Shown here: positions 31,601 to 40,211 of the stretch, piece after piece
How the letters are laid out: every line of letters starts with the position of its first letter
Position numbering within the stretch: the first letter of the stretch is position 1
From: an uncultured Gemmatimonadales bacterium
GTDB lineage: Bacteria; Gemmatimonadota; Gemmatimonadetes; Gemmatimonadales; GWC2-71-9
Assembly: GCA_963795085.1 (NCBI GenBank)
Contig: CAWCFX010000004.1
Coordinates: forward strand, 1 to 64,000
Reading direction: 5' to 3'
Length of the DNA stretch: 64,000 bases
The notes under the pieces: generated by a model
Database searches by the model: none
What the model was told of the DNA's origin: nothing
What the model saw: the letters and a program-made list of their open reading frames with translations, nothing else
Translations under genes and position numbers: made by a program

Positions 31601-31639
31601 GGTGACGGGGCGCCGGATGGCATAGGAGCTTAGCGACAA
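28541..31639 (-). CDS. RND efflux permease subunit (AcrB/AcrD/AcrF family), subunit 1
   Basis: 1032 aa; IRRPVTT, YPGSAAAE, LLVDNAIVV, RLRAITMTSLTT. Confidence 0.95.
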   Translation of the reverse strand: MSLSSYAIRRPVTTVATVLALVLVGAVSLSRLPVSLLPDVTLPVLTVRTSYPGSAAAEASRLVAEPIEQAIAATPGLVELRSVSRNEEVTTTARFAWGTDMPSTVLNVRERLDNIRGQLPERAERPTLLTSDPGQRPIAMLGLTGPGDLRSIARTAAEVHARRLEQLDGVASVAVVGAPEDEIRVEAEPDRLRNLGLSPENIADALQAANWSSPGGTIRRGQFRFSVLALTEFRSIAEIGETPLGNSGTLRLRDVATVSLTTADPRTVVQLEGKPAVGLVVYKDAGSNTVAVTNNLYDAVALLQGEFPDITLTVVAAQAEFVKDALSNLSQEIVAGGILSLLVILLFLRDFRSSIAIALVIPLSVLIALVVLQALDVTINVLSLGGLALGVGLLVDNAIVVAEATGRYREAGFSDRDAARTAAEEVSGPLIAGTLTTLLVFGPIVFVRGLAAALFRDLSLSVVTSVGASLLLALTLMPVMMVRRRKASPPVRRSDRLSALGSRVADGYEHGMDWCLRHPATVFGIALAAVVVTAAIAVRLPREILPQVDEGVVVAAFNLPEGTALEETRRQVGRIEAAAQRLGSANVFSRIGVATDEEILAGAEPGSSSSAQLIIPVPGREDAAEFADRLRAAVPDLAQGALALDLAGQSEFGSLIGREGRLVRVEVSALKPAEAEAWADSARGKLRGLRTLADVRDAFAGTQDIIEVTLERQRIALRGLSVEEVVAALSGGLGGIKATDFRETDRRTPITVRFAGKANEDLDAALATTVRGIPVGQLVQVREVRAPIEVVRVNQRPVSVIEAAVERGGTARATRDVQQAMAGLAIPPGLSWELAGADVEQRRTTSELSVVALLSVALVFLVLAGEFASFTTPLLIMTTVPLAGAGGIIVLWLTGQSLNAVSLIGMVVMIGIADNDAVVKLDAIRRFRAQGHSVNEAVKLGGRQRLRAITMTSLTTIVGVLPLVLGLGSGGELYQPLAAGIIGGSISATLVTFFLLPTAYAVVERRSSHQGPASPPAPLHFVERGGTPPSSP

Positions 31640-31647
31640 ACCCTGAG

Positions 31648-31804
31648 CCCCTGTCCCCCTTCCCCGGACCGGGGAAGGGGGAACTGACCGCAGGGTACCC
31701 GAAACGCATCCGTCATCACTCGAATGATTCTCCTCCGGGTCCCCCCTTCCCCTGTCCAGGGGAAGGGGACGGGGGTTGGGGATCCTGTCCAGGAGAGGGG
31801 GACG
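31648..31804. repeat. REP-like palindromes CCCCTTCCCC..GGGGAAGGGG
   Basis: Same family as those at 8030, 16438 and 17711. Confidence 0.8.
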
Positions 31805-31834
31805 GGGGTCTGTGCCCCTGTAATGGGACTGGGG

Positions 31835-32956
31835 TCAGGGCTGCTCGCGTGCCGAAACGACTCGCACCGGCGCGCCATGGGTCAGCGTCAGGTGTCCCTC
31901 GATCAGCACCGTGTCGCCGGCGGCGACGGGGATCTGGCCCGTCACCGAGTCGGGGAGCACTTCGGTCTCGGACCCGTTGCTCAGGCCCGGCAGGATGTAC
32001 ACCCACTCGGCGGTGCTGTTGCGGACCACGAAGACCAGGGGCCGGCCGTCGCGCTCGATCACCGCGCGGGAGGGCACGATGGTCCGGCCGGACAGGCGGT
32101 TGGCTTCGAGCCGGACGTCGGCGTACATCCCGGGGCGGAGGTTGCCGTTGTTGCGGGCGCGGATCAGGGCCCGGCCGGCCCGCTTCACGCTGTCGATCAT
32201 CGGGAGCACGGCGCTGACCCGGCCGTACACCGGCCGCCCCGGCGACGCGGCCGCCGTGATCACCGCTTCGCCGCCGACCCTGATCAGCGGCAGGTCGTGC
32301 TCCAGGATCTGCGCCTCGATCCGGAGGTTGGTCACGTCCACCACGGACGCGATGTCCTCACCGCCGTTCACCCGCTCGCCGGCGGCCACGTTCACCTCGT
32401 CCACGATCCCGTCGAAGGGCGCTTCGATCGTGGCCCGCTCCTGGTCCAGCTTCGCCTTCTCGAGCCGGATCCGCGCCGCGGTGACACCAGCGCGGGACTC
32501 CGCATTCTTTCGCCGGTCTTCCGGCACCGCGCGGCCGGTGGCGATCGAGTCGGGCACGATGTAGTCCCGGTAGGCGATCATCGCCTGTTCCAGCGAGGCT
32601 TCGGCCTCCCGCACCGCGATGTCGAAGGGCCGGGGGTCCAGCTTCACCAGCGTTTCGCCTTTTCGCACCATCGCGCCGGGGCGCACCAGCACCTCCGTCA
32701 CCGTTCCGCTCAGCTCGGCCTTGAGTTGGGCATAGGCATCGGACTGGACCTGGCCGGTGGTGACCACCGAGAGCACCAGGTCTCCGCGGCGCACCTCGGC
32801 GCCAGCCACGGGAAGGGACATCCCCGAGCTGTCGCCGGCGGCGGCCGCGGAGTCGGCGGGCGCTCCTTCGGCACCGGCGTCCTTGCCCTTGCAGGCGGGG
32901 AAGAGGGCGAGTGCGCCGAGGAGTGCGGCTATATGGGTCCGCGGGAGAGGCGTCAT
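31835..32956 (-). CDS. RND periplasmic adaptor (membrane fusion protein), lipoprotein
   Basis: LFPAC lipobox; G.V.EVLVRPG..V.KGETLVKLD; IEAPFDGIV; LRPGMYA. Confidence 0.93.
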   Translation of the reverse strand: MTPLPRTHIAALLGALALFPACKGKDAGAEGAPADSAAAAGDSSGMSLPVAGAEVRRGDLVLSVVTTGQVQSDAYAQLKAELSGTVTEVLVRPGAMVRKGETLVKLDPRPFDIAVREAEASLEQAMIAYRDYIVPDSIATGRAVPEDRRKNAESRAGVTAARIRLEKAKLDQERATIEAPFDGIVDEVNVAAGERVNGGEDIASVVDVTNLRIEAQILEHDLPLIRVGGEAVITAAASPGRPVYGRVSAVLPMIDSVKRAGRALIRARNNGNLRPGMYADVRLEANRLSGRTIVPSRAVIERDGRPLVFVVRNSTAEWVYILPGLSNGSETEVLPDSVTGQIPVAAGDTVLIEGHLTLTHGAPVRVVSAREQP

Positions 32957-33051
32957 GTGTTCCGGTCTGATGAGCGGAGCGGTGGATTCGTCGCAGCGGG
33001 ACTCGTAAGAGACGTTCCAGGACACTGAAACGGTTGGCTCTGCCAGCCCGG

Positions 33052-33546
33052 CTACGCGCTGCTGGCCTGCCCGGCGTCGAGGTGAGCCCGGATCCGGTCC
33101 AGCTCCGTCACCAGCGCGGGCAGGAGCAGGGCAGTCCCCCCACGGAGAAGGATAGCACCGGGTTTCAGGTTGAGCAGTCCTTCGAGGGTCCGGTAGATGG
33201 TGGAGGGGTTATGGCCTTCGGCCAGCGCGGCCTGGGCAAAGGGGTCGCCACCCTCCGCCCGCGCCACCAGGTCATAGACCCGGAACCAGCGTTTGAGGAA
33301 GCCCCACCGGGGCAGGTTCAGGGCGAGGAGGTGAGAGCGGAGGGCATGCCGGTCCTTGAGCCCCAGGTGTTGTGCCTGGACCTGGGCGGTGCGGGTCCAT
33401 GAGCGGTCCCGGGCCACGAGCAGGAGGAAAGCAAGCGCCGGCCCGGTGACCGGGAGGGTCTTGAGGTCTGCTTCAAGCGCGGGCAAGACGGGTTCTCGGG
33501 GGGGGGGGCATCTTGTGGAGTATGCCGGCCAAACGAGAGTCGTCAA
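33052..33546 (-). CDS. AraC-like helix-turn-helix regulator (start uncertain because of a G11 tract)
   Basis: AQHLGLKDRHALRSHL and FAQAALAEGHNPSTIYRTLEGLLNLKP resemble the two AraC HTH motifs. Confidence 0.55.
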   Translation of the reverse strand: MTTLVWPAYSTRCPPPREPVLPALEADLKTLPVTGPALAFLLLVARDRSWTRTAQVQAQHLGLKDRHALRSHLLALNLPRWGFLKRWFRVYDLVARAEGGDPFAQAALAEGHNPSTIYRTLEGLLNLKPGAILLRGGTALLLPALVTELDRIRAHLDAGQASSA

Positions 33547-33750
33547 GGCCCCGGGCGGGCATGGGTAGAATCGGACTCCTGATTGCGCGCAAAAGGCATA
33601 GACACCATGGTTGAAGTCGTTACCGTTGGGACCGAACTCCTAACTATGGAGCGTTAGTCACGCCAGGCACTTCAGATCAACGGTACCGATCGATGACGTG
33701 AGATCGTTGTCTGAGGGAAGCCACAATGTCCCGCCCACGGGAGGTCGTCC

Positions 33751-34080
33751 ATGCGAGCTCGCTGGCTTGGTGTCATTCTACTTTCGCTAGGTTTCGTTGC
33801 CTTTCTGGCCTCACGGCCGAACTCACTCAACGCTGAAACCCCATCAACCCTTTCAGGGGCAATTGTTTGCGTAACTCAGGCCGCGGTGTTTGATCCAACT
33901 GAGCTTTCCGGAAACGAAACCTTGGGTGCGATAGCGATGCAGGATGCGCAATGCCCCTCGGGTCAGAAGTGCTGCATTTCAAATCACTGCAATTGCGGAC
34001 AGCCACCTAAGCCCGCATGCTGTGATGCAACCTGTTCCTGCGTGTGCATCCCGACCGGGTCGAATTGCTGTAATAATTGA
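33751..34080 (+). CDS. Small secreted cysteine-rich peptide precursor (109 aa)
   Basis: RBS GGGAGGT; Sec signal peptide (..SLNA-E); C-terminal 42 aa contain 12 Cys. Confidence 0.85.
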   Translation: MRARWLGVILLSLGFVAFLASRPNSLNAETPSTLSGAIVCVTQAAVFDPTELSGNETLGAIAMQDAQCPSGQKCCISNHCNCGQPPKPACCDATCSCVCIPTGSNCCNN

Positions 34081-34202
34081 ATGACTCATTCAGGACAGTT
34101 GCTACGTGCCTGAGGCTTGCACCCAGATCGCTGGGGCATGCCTCAGGCATTCCACTCACGCCCTACTCTCCTTCCACGCGAATCCTGATTCTTCAGCACA
34201 TA

Positions 34203-35315
34203 ATGTCACTTCGACATCTATCAGTGACACTGGCCATATCTCTCTGCATGGGATGCCGTGACGCAGGCGAACTCCGCATCGCGTGGACGATTCCCTTGGG
34301 ACAGGACACCTCCGTCGGATTGCCCGTTTCAGTTTCGGCAGGCCCTGACCGCACTGTCCTCGTTGCCGATGTTCAGCGAGGAGTCCTGCATCGTTGGAGC
34401 CTGGAGGGCAATAGGCTCTCCTCCTTCGGCACACCCGGTCGTTCTCCTGGCAGTTCTATGTCACCCTCTCTTGTCAGAACGTTGCGCGACACCATCATGG
34501 TATGGGACCGAGTGCAGCAGCGTGTCACGCTAATCTCACATGCTGGCAGCTTCTTAGGTATGGAGGAGATTGCTATCTGGCCCGCCAGGGATGGCTTTGT
34601 CAGGGCCTTTATGAAGGACGGAAACTCCTGGCTCCTCTGGCTACAGGAGCGCTCCCAGAAGTCAGGATTAGTCCAAGTCTCAAGCAGGATCATTCAGGCG
34701 AGAGACGTTTACGACACTCTCTCTGTGGCGGCTGGTCCTACCACCGTCGGCATACAGACAGTCGATTCACAGTACTCCCTAACCTTTCGATCACCATTCA
34801 ATCACCGTGCACTCGTCATGTTTGGGTCCCAGACTATTATTGGACTGTCCAGTTTGTCCGATTCGATTGCCTATCCAGGACGCTCTGTGCTTGCTCGAAA
34901 GACATTGGGGTTGGAGTCCATTCCTTCAGACCACCAGCGGCAGCGCGCCTATCGCGATTCAAGTATTCTTGGAATTGTACACCTGTTGCAGGACAGCTCC
35001 AAGATGGTCAACGCGGGAGAGGGGCAACTGGTTGCGCTATTCACCTCCTTCCTGGACACCGTGTCTCTCCCGAGTGTGATGCCGACTTTCTACTCTGCAA
35101 CACTTGATTCGACTGATCACCTCTGGGTCCTTGTCAACGGGAGTTCTCCCGCACAGCTTCAATGGATGCGTTATAACCTTCGCGACACCAGCCCTCCAAA
35201 AGTTATGGCGCGAGTAGCGTCGCGCAGAGTGGTCGATGCATTTGCTATGCCACATGCATTGGTGACTCTTGAGAGTGATAGCCACGGCGAATCTTGGATT
35301 GTCTTTTATGAATAG
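34203..35315 (+). CDS. Six-bladed beta-propeller (NHL-like) lipoprotein
   Basis: LCMGC lipobox; VLVADV..SFGTPGRSPG..P..DTIMVWD; LDSTDHLWV. Confidence 0.75.
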   Translation: MSLRHLSVTLAISLCMGCRDAGELRIAWTIPLGQDTSVGLPVSVSAGPDRTVLVADVQRGVLHRWSLEGNRLSSFGTPGRSPGSSMSPSLVRTLRDTIMVWDRVQQRVTLISHAGSFLGMEEIAIWPARDGFVRAFMKDGNSWLLWLQERSQKSGLVQVSSRIIQARDVYDTLSVAAGPTTVGIQTVDSQYSLTFRSPFNHRALVMFGSQTIIGLSSLSDSIAYPGRSVLARKTLGLESIPSDHQRQRAYRDSSILGIVHLLQDSSKMVNAGEGQLVALFTSFLDTVSLPSVMPTFYSATLDSTDHLWVLVNGSSPAQLQWMRYNLRDTSPPKVMARVASRRVVDAFAMPHALVTLESDSHGESWIVFYE

Positions 35316-36441
35316 ATTCCCGCGGTGGCCGGGATTGACCGCGTGTCTTCTGGGCGCTGGCATGATACATCTTTTTGGTCAGGCTCGCACTGCGCGGGAA
35401 GTGTGGAGTCGCGACAGCTTGCTTCACCCACTCTACCAGGTCCAGTCGCTGGGACTGGTGCAGGATTCCATACTGTGGGTAAGCGACGGTGGCACCGGAA
35501 TCCACCGGCTTACGACTGGGGGCCGGTATCTCGGTTCCGTTGGCAGGGAAGGCGAAGGGCCAGGCGAGTATCGATGGCCGTGGCACATCCAGGTGCTGGG
35601 CGACACCGTTGTGGTCTTCGACCGGCGCCTGCTCCGGCTGAACTTGTACACGGCGGATGGGGCGTTTCAGCGGTCCACACCGATGCAGGTCCTCGACAAC
35701 ATTCATGGACGTTTCAGGGGAATCGCCCGCCATCCGAATGGCTGGCTGGTCTGGACCGACAATTATCCCGCGGGAAGTCCGCGGCCCCACGAACAATCCT
35801 CATTCGTGTGGCTCATCGGCCTGAATGGCACACCGCGTGACACCCTCGTCACCTTCCCCGGGCCCGAGAGCATCATCCTCAGGGAAACTGGTACTTCCTC
35901 CCGAATCGACGCGCCGTTCCAACGGCGACCGTTCGTGCTCTTCACAGGCGACAGCATCGTGATCGGCAACAATGGAACCGACCACGTGACGATGTACGGG
36001 AGATCTGGCCGGGTCCGTAGCCGGGTAATGATTCCATTGGCCGCAAAGCGGGTAACGGCCGGGGATCGGGCCGCATACCACAGCTACCGCCGAGCACGGT
36101 GGAACGAGGAGGTCGAACAGCAGAATTACGGTCCGGAGATGAGACGGGTGTTTGCCGAGCGCTTTGACCAGATCATGGGACTCGTGCGCTATCCATCGAC
36201 CTGGCAACGCTATGAGTTGATGCTCCGTGACACCGAGGGAGATCTCTGGTTTTTGCTCCCGGCCAGCGGACCGGCGCGCACCTGGGTCGAACTGTCGGCC
36301 TCGGGCCGGATCAAGCAACGAATTCTGGTCAGGCACAAGGCAGCCGTGCTGCACGCGGTGATCGACGGCAACATGATGTACAGCGGTGAGTGGGACGAGG
36401 ATGCGGGCAAAGGCAGGGTGGCGGCATACTCTCTTCGATAA
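35308..36441 (+). CDS. Six-bladed beta-propeller (NHL-like) protein
   Basis: VGREGEGPGEYRWP..GDTVVVFD; DTEGDLWF; overlaps the stop of the upstream gene. Confidence 0.85.
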   Translation: MNRFPRWPGLTACLLGAGMIHLFGQARTAREVWSRDSLLHPLYQVQSLGLVQDSILWVSDGGTGIHRLTTGGRYLGSVGREGEGPGEYRWPWHIQVLGDTVVVFDRRLLRLNLYTADGAFQRSTPMQVLDNIHGRFRGIARHPNGWLVWTDNYPAGSPRPHEQSSFVWLIGLNGTPRDTLVTFPGPESIILRETGTSSRIDAPFQRRPFVLFTGDSIVIGNNGTDHVTMYGRSGRVRSRVMIPLAAKRVTAGDRAAYHSYRRARWNEEVEQQNYGPEMRRVFAERFDQIMGLVRYPSTWQRYELMLRDTEGDLWFLLPASGPARTWVELSASGRIKQRILVRHKAAVLHAVIDGNMMYSGEWDEDAGKGRVAAYSLR

Positions 36442-36805
36442 GAAGCGAAGCGCGCCGCCCGCGTTGTAATGTCTGCCCTTCCAGCCTGGAGCCAGCAAAC
36501 CCACGGTAAGCAACGCCCGCGACGGGTCCACGAGGCGGCGAGTCAGACCGCCAGTCGCCCCATACATGGCCAGGTACCGACGTTTGCCAACCGGGGCAAG
36601 CCCAGTGTGGCTGGGGGCTGGGTCTGGCTGATGCTTTCAGGTTCTCCAGCTGACCTCGCGTCTCAGACCGCCCGCTCCTACCTGACCTTGCGAGCCTACC
36701 TGTGGCGTTCAGGACCTAGTGGTCGATACTGGCGGGGCACGGATCTATATCCCATACTGCTAGTCGATGCTCTGGCGCTACAATGTTGTTCGAGAGGATC
36801 CTGCC

Positions 36806-37084
36806 ATGAGAACCATCAGGTACTTCACCGGGCTGCTCGTGCTCCTCGTCGCTCCCGAGGCGGGCCTGGCCCAGGTCAAGGACGCCACGGGTGGAGTGGT
36901 CCCGTTGAAAGCCTCCGCAGTGAGCGAGCACCTCCTGCTGGAGGGAAACTTGTCGTTGGTGCTGATTCACCCAGGCCTGAGACTTGACGGAGTTCTTGAC
37001 ATCCGCCTGGACAATGAACTCGACTTGGGACTTGGCCTGACTGTCAGTCACGGCACGATTCGGCCAAGGCGGCTTCTCGACTAG
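36806..37084 (+). CDS. Small secreted hypothetical protein (92 aa)
   Basis: RBS GAGAGGA; signal peptide MRTIRYFTGLLVLLVAPEAGLAQ. Confidence 0.6.
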   Translation: MRTIRYFTGLLVLLVAPEAGLAQVKDATGGVVPLKASAVSEHLLLEGNLSLVLIHPGLRLDGVLDIRLDNELDLGLGLTVSHGTIRPRRLLD

Positions 37085-37194
37085 GAGGTCGCGGCCAGAT
37101 CGTGGGGCTGCCAACTCTGCGAGTGGTTTGCCACGTACTCTGCGGTGAGCTGTTATCCCCGGCTCGGCGCACCACCCTCGGTGGGGCATCAGAC

Positions 37195-38328
37195 ATGTTG
37201 AGGGACCGCCATCCTCCGCCCATCGCACCTACGCTGTGGCTTCTCAATAGTCTCGGAATGGTGGTGCTCTTCGGTCCCTCATCGGATCTCGCGGCCCAGA
37301 CCGCCCGGGCCGTACCGGCGCTCGCGATCCCCGGTGATGCACCCGGCTACTTCGTCAATCGCGTCGCCGCGATCGCCATCGCGTCCGATAGCAGTATCCT
37401 TGTCCTCGACCCGGTCGAAGCCAGGATCTACCGCTTTGACCGCCGGGGCCGGTACCTGGACGGCTGGGGGAGACAGGGCAGCGGGCCGGGCGAGTGGCGC
37501 CGACCTTCCACGCTCGGCTGGCGGGGCGATACCCTCTGGGCGTTCGATCCCGCACTCGCCCGGCTCAGCCTGTACGCACCGAGTGGGGGGTTCCATCGCA
37601 GCATCCAGCTGCCGGCGAGCGGGAAGGCGGTCTACCAGGCGGATGGTTCACTCGCGACGCTCTCCGTCATGAGCTACGGTAGCGCCGGGATCCGGGGCCC
37701 GCCCATCATCGCGGTCCGGTACAATGCCGCCGGACGCCTTGCCGATACCCTGATCAAGCTGCCCTCGGCCTACCGGGTGCTGGTGTACCCTCTAGGCGGG
37801 CGCACCAGCGTCGGGCAGCAGCCGTTCGAAGACGGCCCCCTCGTGGTCGGCGCGCTCAATGGCAGCGGCTGGCTGGTGGTACGGCGGGACGCAACCGGCA
37901 TCCCGGTCCGGCTGACCCGGATTGACCCCGCCGGCGACACCCTCTTCCAGCGTGCGATTCGCCTCCCGCCTCGGCGACTTACCCGAGCGCAGGTGGCCAG
38001 CGCCGTGGCAGACCTGGAGGCGGAAGGTCCCCGGCAGCCGGACCTGGGGGCGACCATCGAAGCGGCGCTGTACAAGCCCCGCTATCTCCCGCCGATTTCC
38101 GACGCGCTGGTCGGGGAGGACTCGACAATCTGGCTCCGCGGAACCATGCTCTGGGAACAGACGATCCGGTGGCTGGTGCTGGATCCCCACGGAGAAAAGC
38201 TCTTCGAGCTGGACCTGCCGACCGCATTCCGGCCCTTCGTGGCCACCCGGTCGATGGTATGGGGGGCCGAGCCGAATGAATCAGGCGTGCCGGTGGTGAA
38301 AACGATCAGGATCGCTGTCGAGCCCTGA
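37195..38328 (+). CDS. Six-bladed beta-propeller (NHL-like) protein
   Basis: WGRQGSGPGEWRRP..GDTLWAFD; GEDSTIWL. Confidence 0.85.
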   Translation: MLRDRHPPPIAPTLWLLNSLGMVVLFGPSSDLAAQTARAVPALAIPGDAPGYFVNRVAAIAIASDSSILVLDPVEARIYRFDRRGRYLDGWGRQGSGPGEWRRPSTLGWRGDTLWAFDPALARLSLYAPSGGFHRSIQLPASGKAVYQADGSLATLSVMSYGSAGIRGPPIIAVRYNAAGRLADTLIKLPSAYRVLVYPLGGRTSVGQQPFEDGPLVVGALNGSGWLVVRRDATGIPVRLTRIDPAGDTLFQRAIRLPPRRLTRAQVASAVADLEAEGPRQPDLGATIEAALYKPRYLPPISDALVGEDSTIWLRGTMLWEQTIRWLVLDPHGEKLFELDLPTAFRPFVATRSMVWGAEPNESGVPVVKTIRIAVEP

Positions 38329-38410
38329 GGGCGCCGAGTCAAGGCTGCGAACTCTGCGAGTTGTTTGCCGCGTACCGACACACTGCACTCTGCACTCTGC
38401 ACTCTGCACT

Positions 38411-38707
38411 CTATCTCACCTGCGCCCCCGGCATCGGGTGAATCTCGAAGCTGAAGCCGGCCTGCGACTGGATCGCCGGGTCCTCCCCGGCGAATCCCTG
38501 CATCGTGGACTCGTCCTCGGCCTCGACCACCGCGATGCCGTAGGTGCCCTTCGGGTCCATCACCGGCCCGTACGCCACCACCGAGCCCGCCTGGATCAGC
38601 CCGGCCCAGTAGCCGAAATGCGCCTGCATGATGCCGCCCTCGGCCTCGGTCATGTCCGTCGGAAAACTCGGCCGCGGCGGGAGAAGCTTGTAGAGGAAAT
38701 AGTTCAC
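38411..38707 (-). CDS. YciI family protein
   Basis: MQAHFGYW..GPVMDPKGTYGIAVV..EDPA. Confidence 0.85.
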   Translation of the reverse strand: MNYFLYKLLPPRPSFPTDMTEAEGGIMQAHFGYWAGLIQAGSVVAYGPVMDPKGTYGIAVVEAEDESTMQGFAGEDPAIQSQAGFSFEIHPMPGAQVR

Positions 38708-38842
38708 GTGAAATCCCTTGACATGGTTCAGAGAAAAGCACACCGCCGAGTTCGCAGAAGAGGCGCCGAGTTCGCAGTTGACTCCGACGCCGGTGCGGCC
38801 TCTGCGTATGCTGTTGCAGTGCTACAGACCACCAGGTTGTCT

Positions 38843-38954
38843 TGAACAGCTCATCGCAGAGTGCGCAGAACCGGTCCCAGAGTTCGCGGTGACTCCGATG
38901 CCGCTGCGACCTCTGCGCTCTGATGTTGCCGCGTACTCTGCGATGAGCTGTTCA
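38843..38954. repeat. Short element with a perfect 20 bp inverted repeat (TGAACAGCTCATCGCAGAGT)
   Basis: Same TIR family as 18925 and 20270. Confidence 0.75.
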
Positions 38955-39015
38955 GGTACTCCCCCGGTCGACCAGGCTGACCTTCGACCGTCAGTCGGCA
39001 ATCGGCAATCGGCAA

Positions 39016-40155
39016 TTACAGTTTGTATCTCTCCAGGTGCTGCAGATCATCCCGATCGGTCTGCCGGAGATAGATCACCCCGTTCCCGAACCCCACCATC
39101 CGCCGGCCGGCCGGGAGCAGCACCTGCGTCTTGAATTGGCCGCCCGCGTCGAACACGTCCATCACCCGCGGCGCACCCGCCGGCACGCTCCGCTCCACCC
39201 AGGCCTCGCCGGCCGGGGATACCCACACCGCCGAGAACACCGGCTTCACCGCCGGCCACTCGGTCTCCGCGATGGCGTTCTCCTCGGCGTCCTCCGCCCG
39301 CCCGCCCCGGCCAAACGACATGCTCACCTGGCCGTTCCGGTTCTCCATGTTGACGCTGAGCGCGTTGGACAGGTCGGCCACGTACTCCCGCTTGTCCGGG
39401 TCGCGCACCGGCACCGGGGCGACCCGCACCGGCGTGCCGCGCACCACGCGGCCGTCCGGGGTGACCCAGTCCACCCGGTACTCCTGCCCCCGGGCGATGG
39501 CCACCTGGCCGGCCGGGCCCACCGCCCAGCTGTCCTGTACCGGGTAGGGCCGGGGACGCTGCACCATCCGCTGGTTGTTCTGCCCGCCCGAGGTCTGGGT
39601 GTTCATCTCGGGGAGCTTCACCTTCGCCACGGTATCGAAGGCGGAGCGGGCCCGGTCCCAGCGGACCACCACCGCCGAATCGGGGATACGGCCGCCCATG
39701 CCGGGCTGGAAATATACCCGGCCCTGCGCATCCACACCGCGAGGCAGGATCATCATCATTCGGGGCGGGCTTCCCACCGCGATCGGCGCCGACTCGCGGT
39801 ACTTGCCGTCCGCCGCGAGATAGTTGAGCCGCGCGTTGCCCAGGTCCATGAGCAGCGTACCGCCGCCCGGCAGCGGGAACAGCGCATCGGGCGCCTTGTA
39901 CTCGCCCGGCCCCTGGCCCACCCGTCCCAGCGTTTCCCCCCGGCCCGTCTTGAAATCGGCGAGCATCAGCACCTCGTCGATGCCGTCCGCCACCAGCACT
40001 CGACCGTCGGGAAGCTCCCGGAGCCCGCGAATGGAACTGAAAGCGTGGGGGAACCGGGCGTCGGCGGCCGTCAGCCGGCGCTCGGGGACCTGCTGGGCCG
40101 CCGCCGGGAGGGCGAGGATGACAGCCGCGGCCGCCAGCAGAAAGGTTCGCATCAT
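39016..40155 (-). CDS. Six-bladed beta-propeller secreted protein
   Basis: Signal peptide; RELPDGRVLVAD..GRVGQGPGEYKAP; VGFGNGVIYL. Confidence 0.88.
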   Translation of the reverse strand: MMRTFLLAAAAVILALPAAAQQVPERRLTAADARFPHAFSSIRGLRELPDGRVLVADGIDEVLMLADFKTGRGETLGRVGQGPGEYKAPDALFPLPGGGTLLMDLGNARLNYLAADGKYRESAPIAVGSPPRMMMILPRGVDAQGRVYFQPGMGGRIPDSAVVVRWDRARSAFDTVAKVKLPEMNTQTSGGQNNQRMVQRPRPYPVQDSWAVGPAGQVAIARGQEYRVDWVTPDGRVVRGTPVRVAPVPVRDPDKREYVADLSNALSVNMENRNGQVSMSFGRGGRAEDAEENAIAETEWPAVKPVFSAVWVSPAGEAWVERSVPAGAPRVMDVFDAGGQFKTQVLLPAGRRMVGFGNGVIYLRQTDRDDLQHLERYKL

Positions 40156-40211
40156 GATGGTCTTCCCGGTTGGAGATGAACAACAAAATTACAAATTGCA
40201 AATTACAAATC

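Noticed and set aside
33751..34080. Lanthipeptide, ranthipeptide or thiopeptide precursor
   Set aside because: It has a Sec-type signal peptide rather than a RiPP leader, and no modifying enzymes are nearby.
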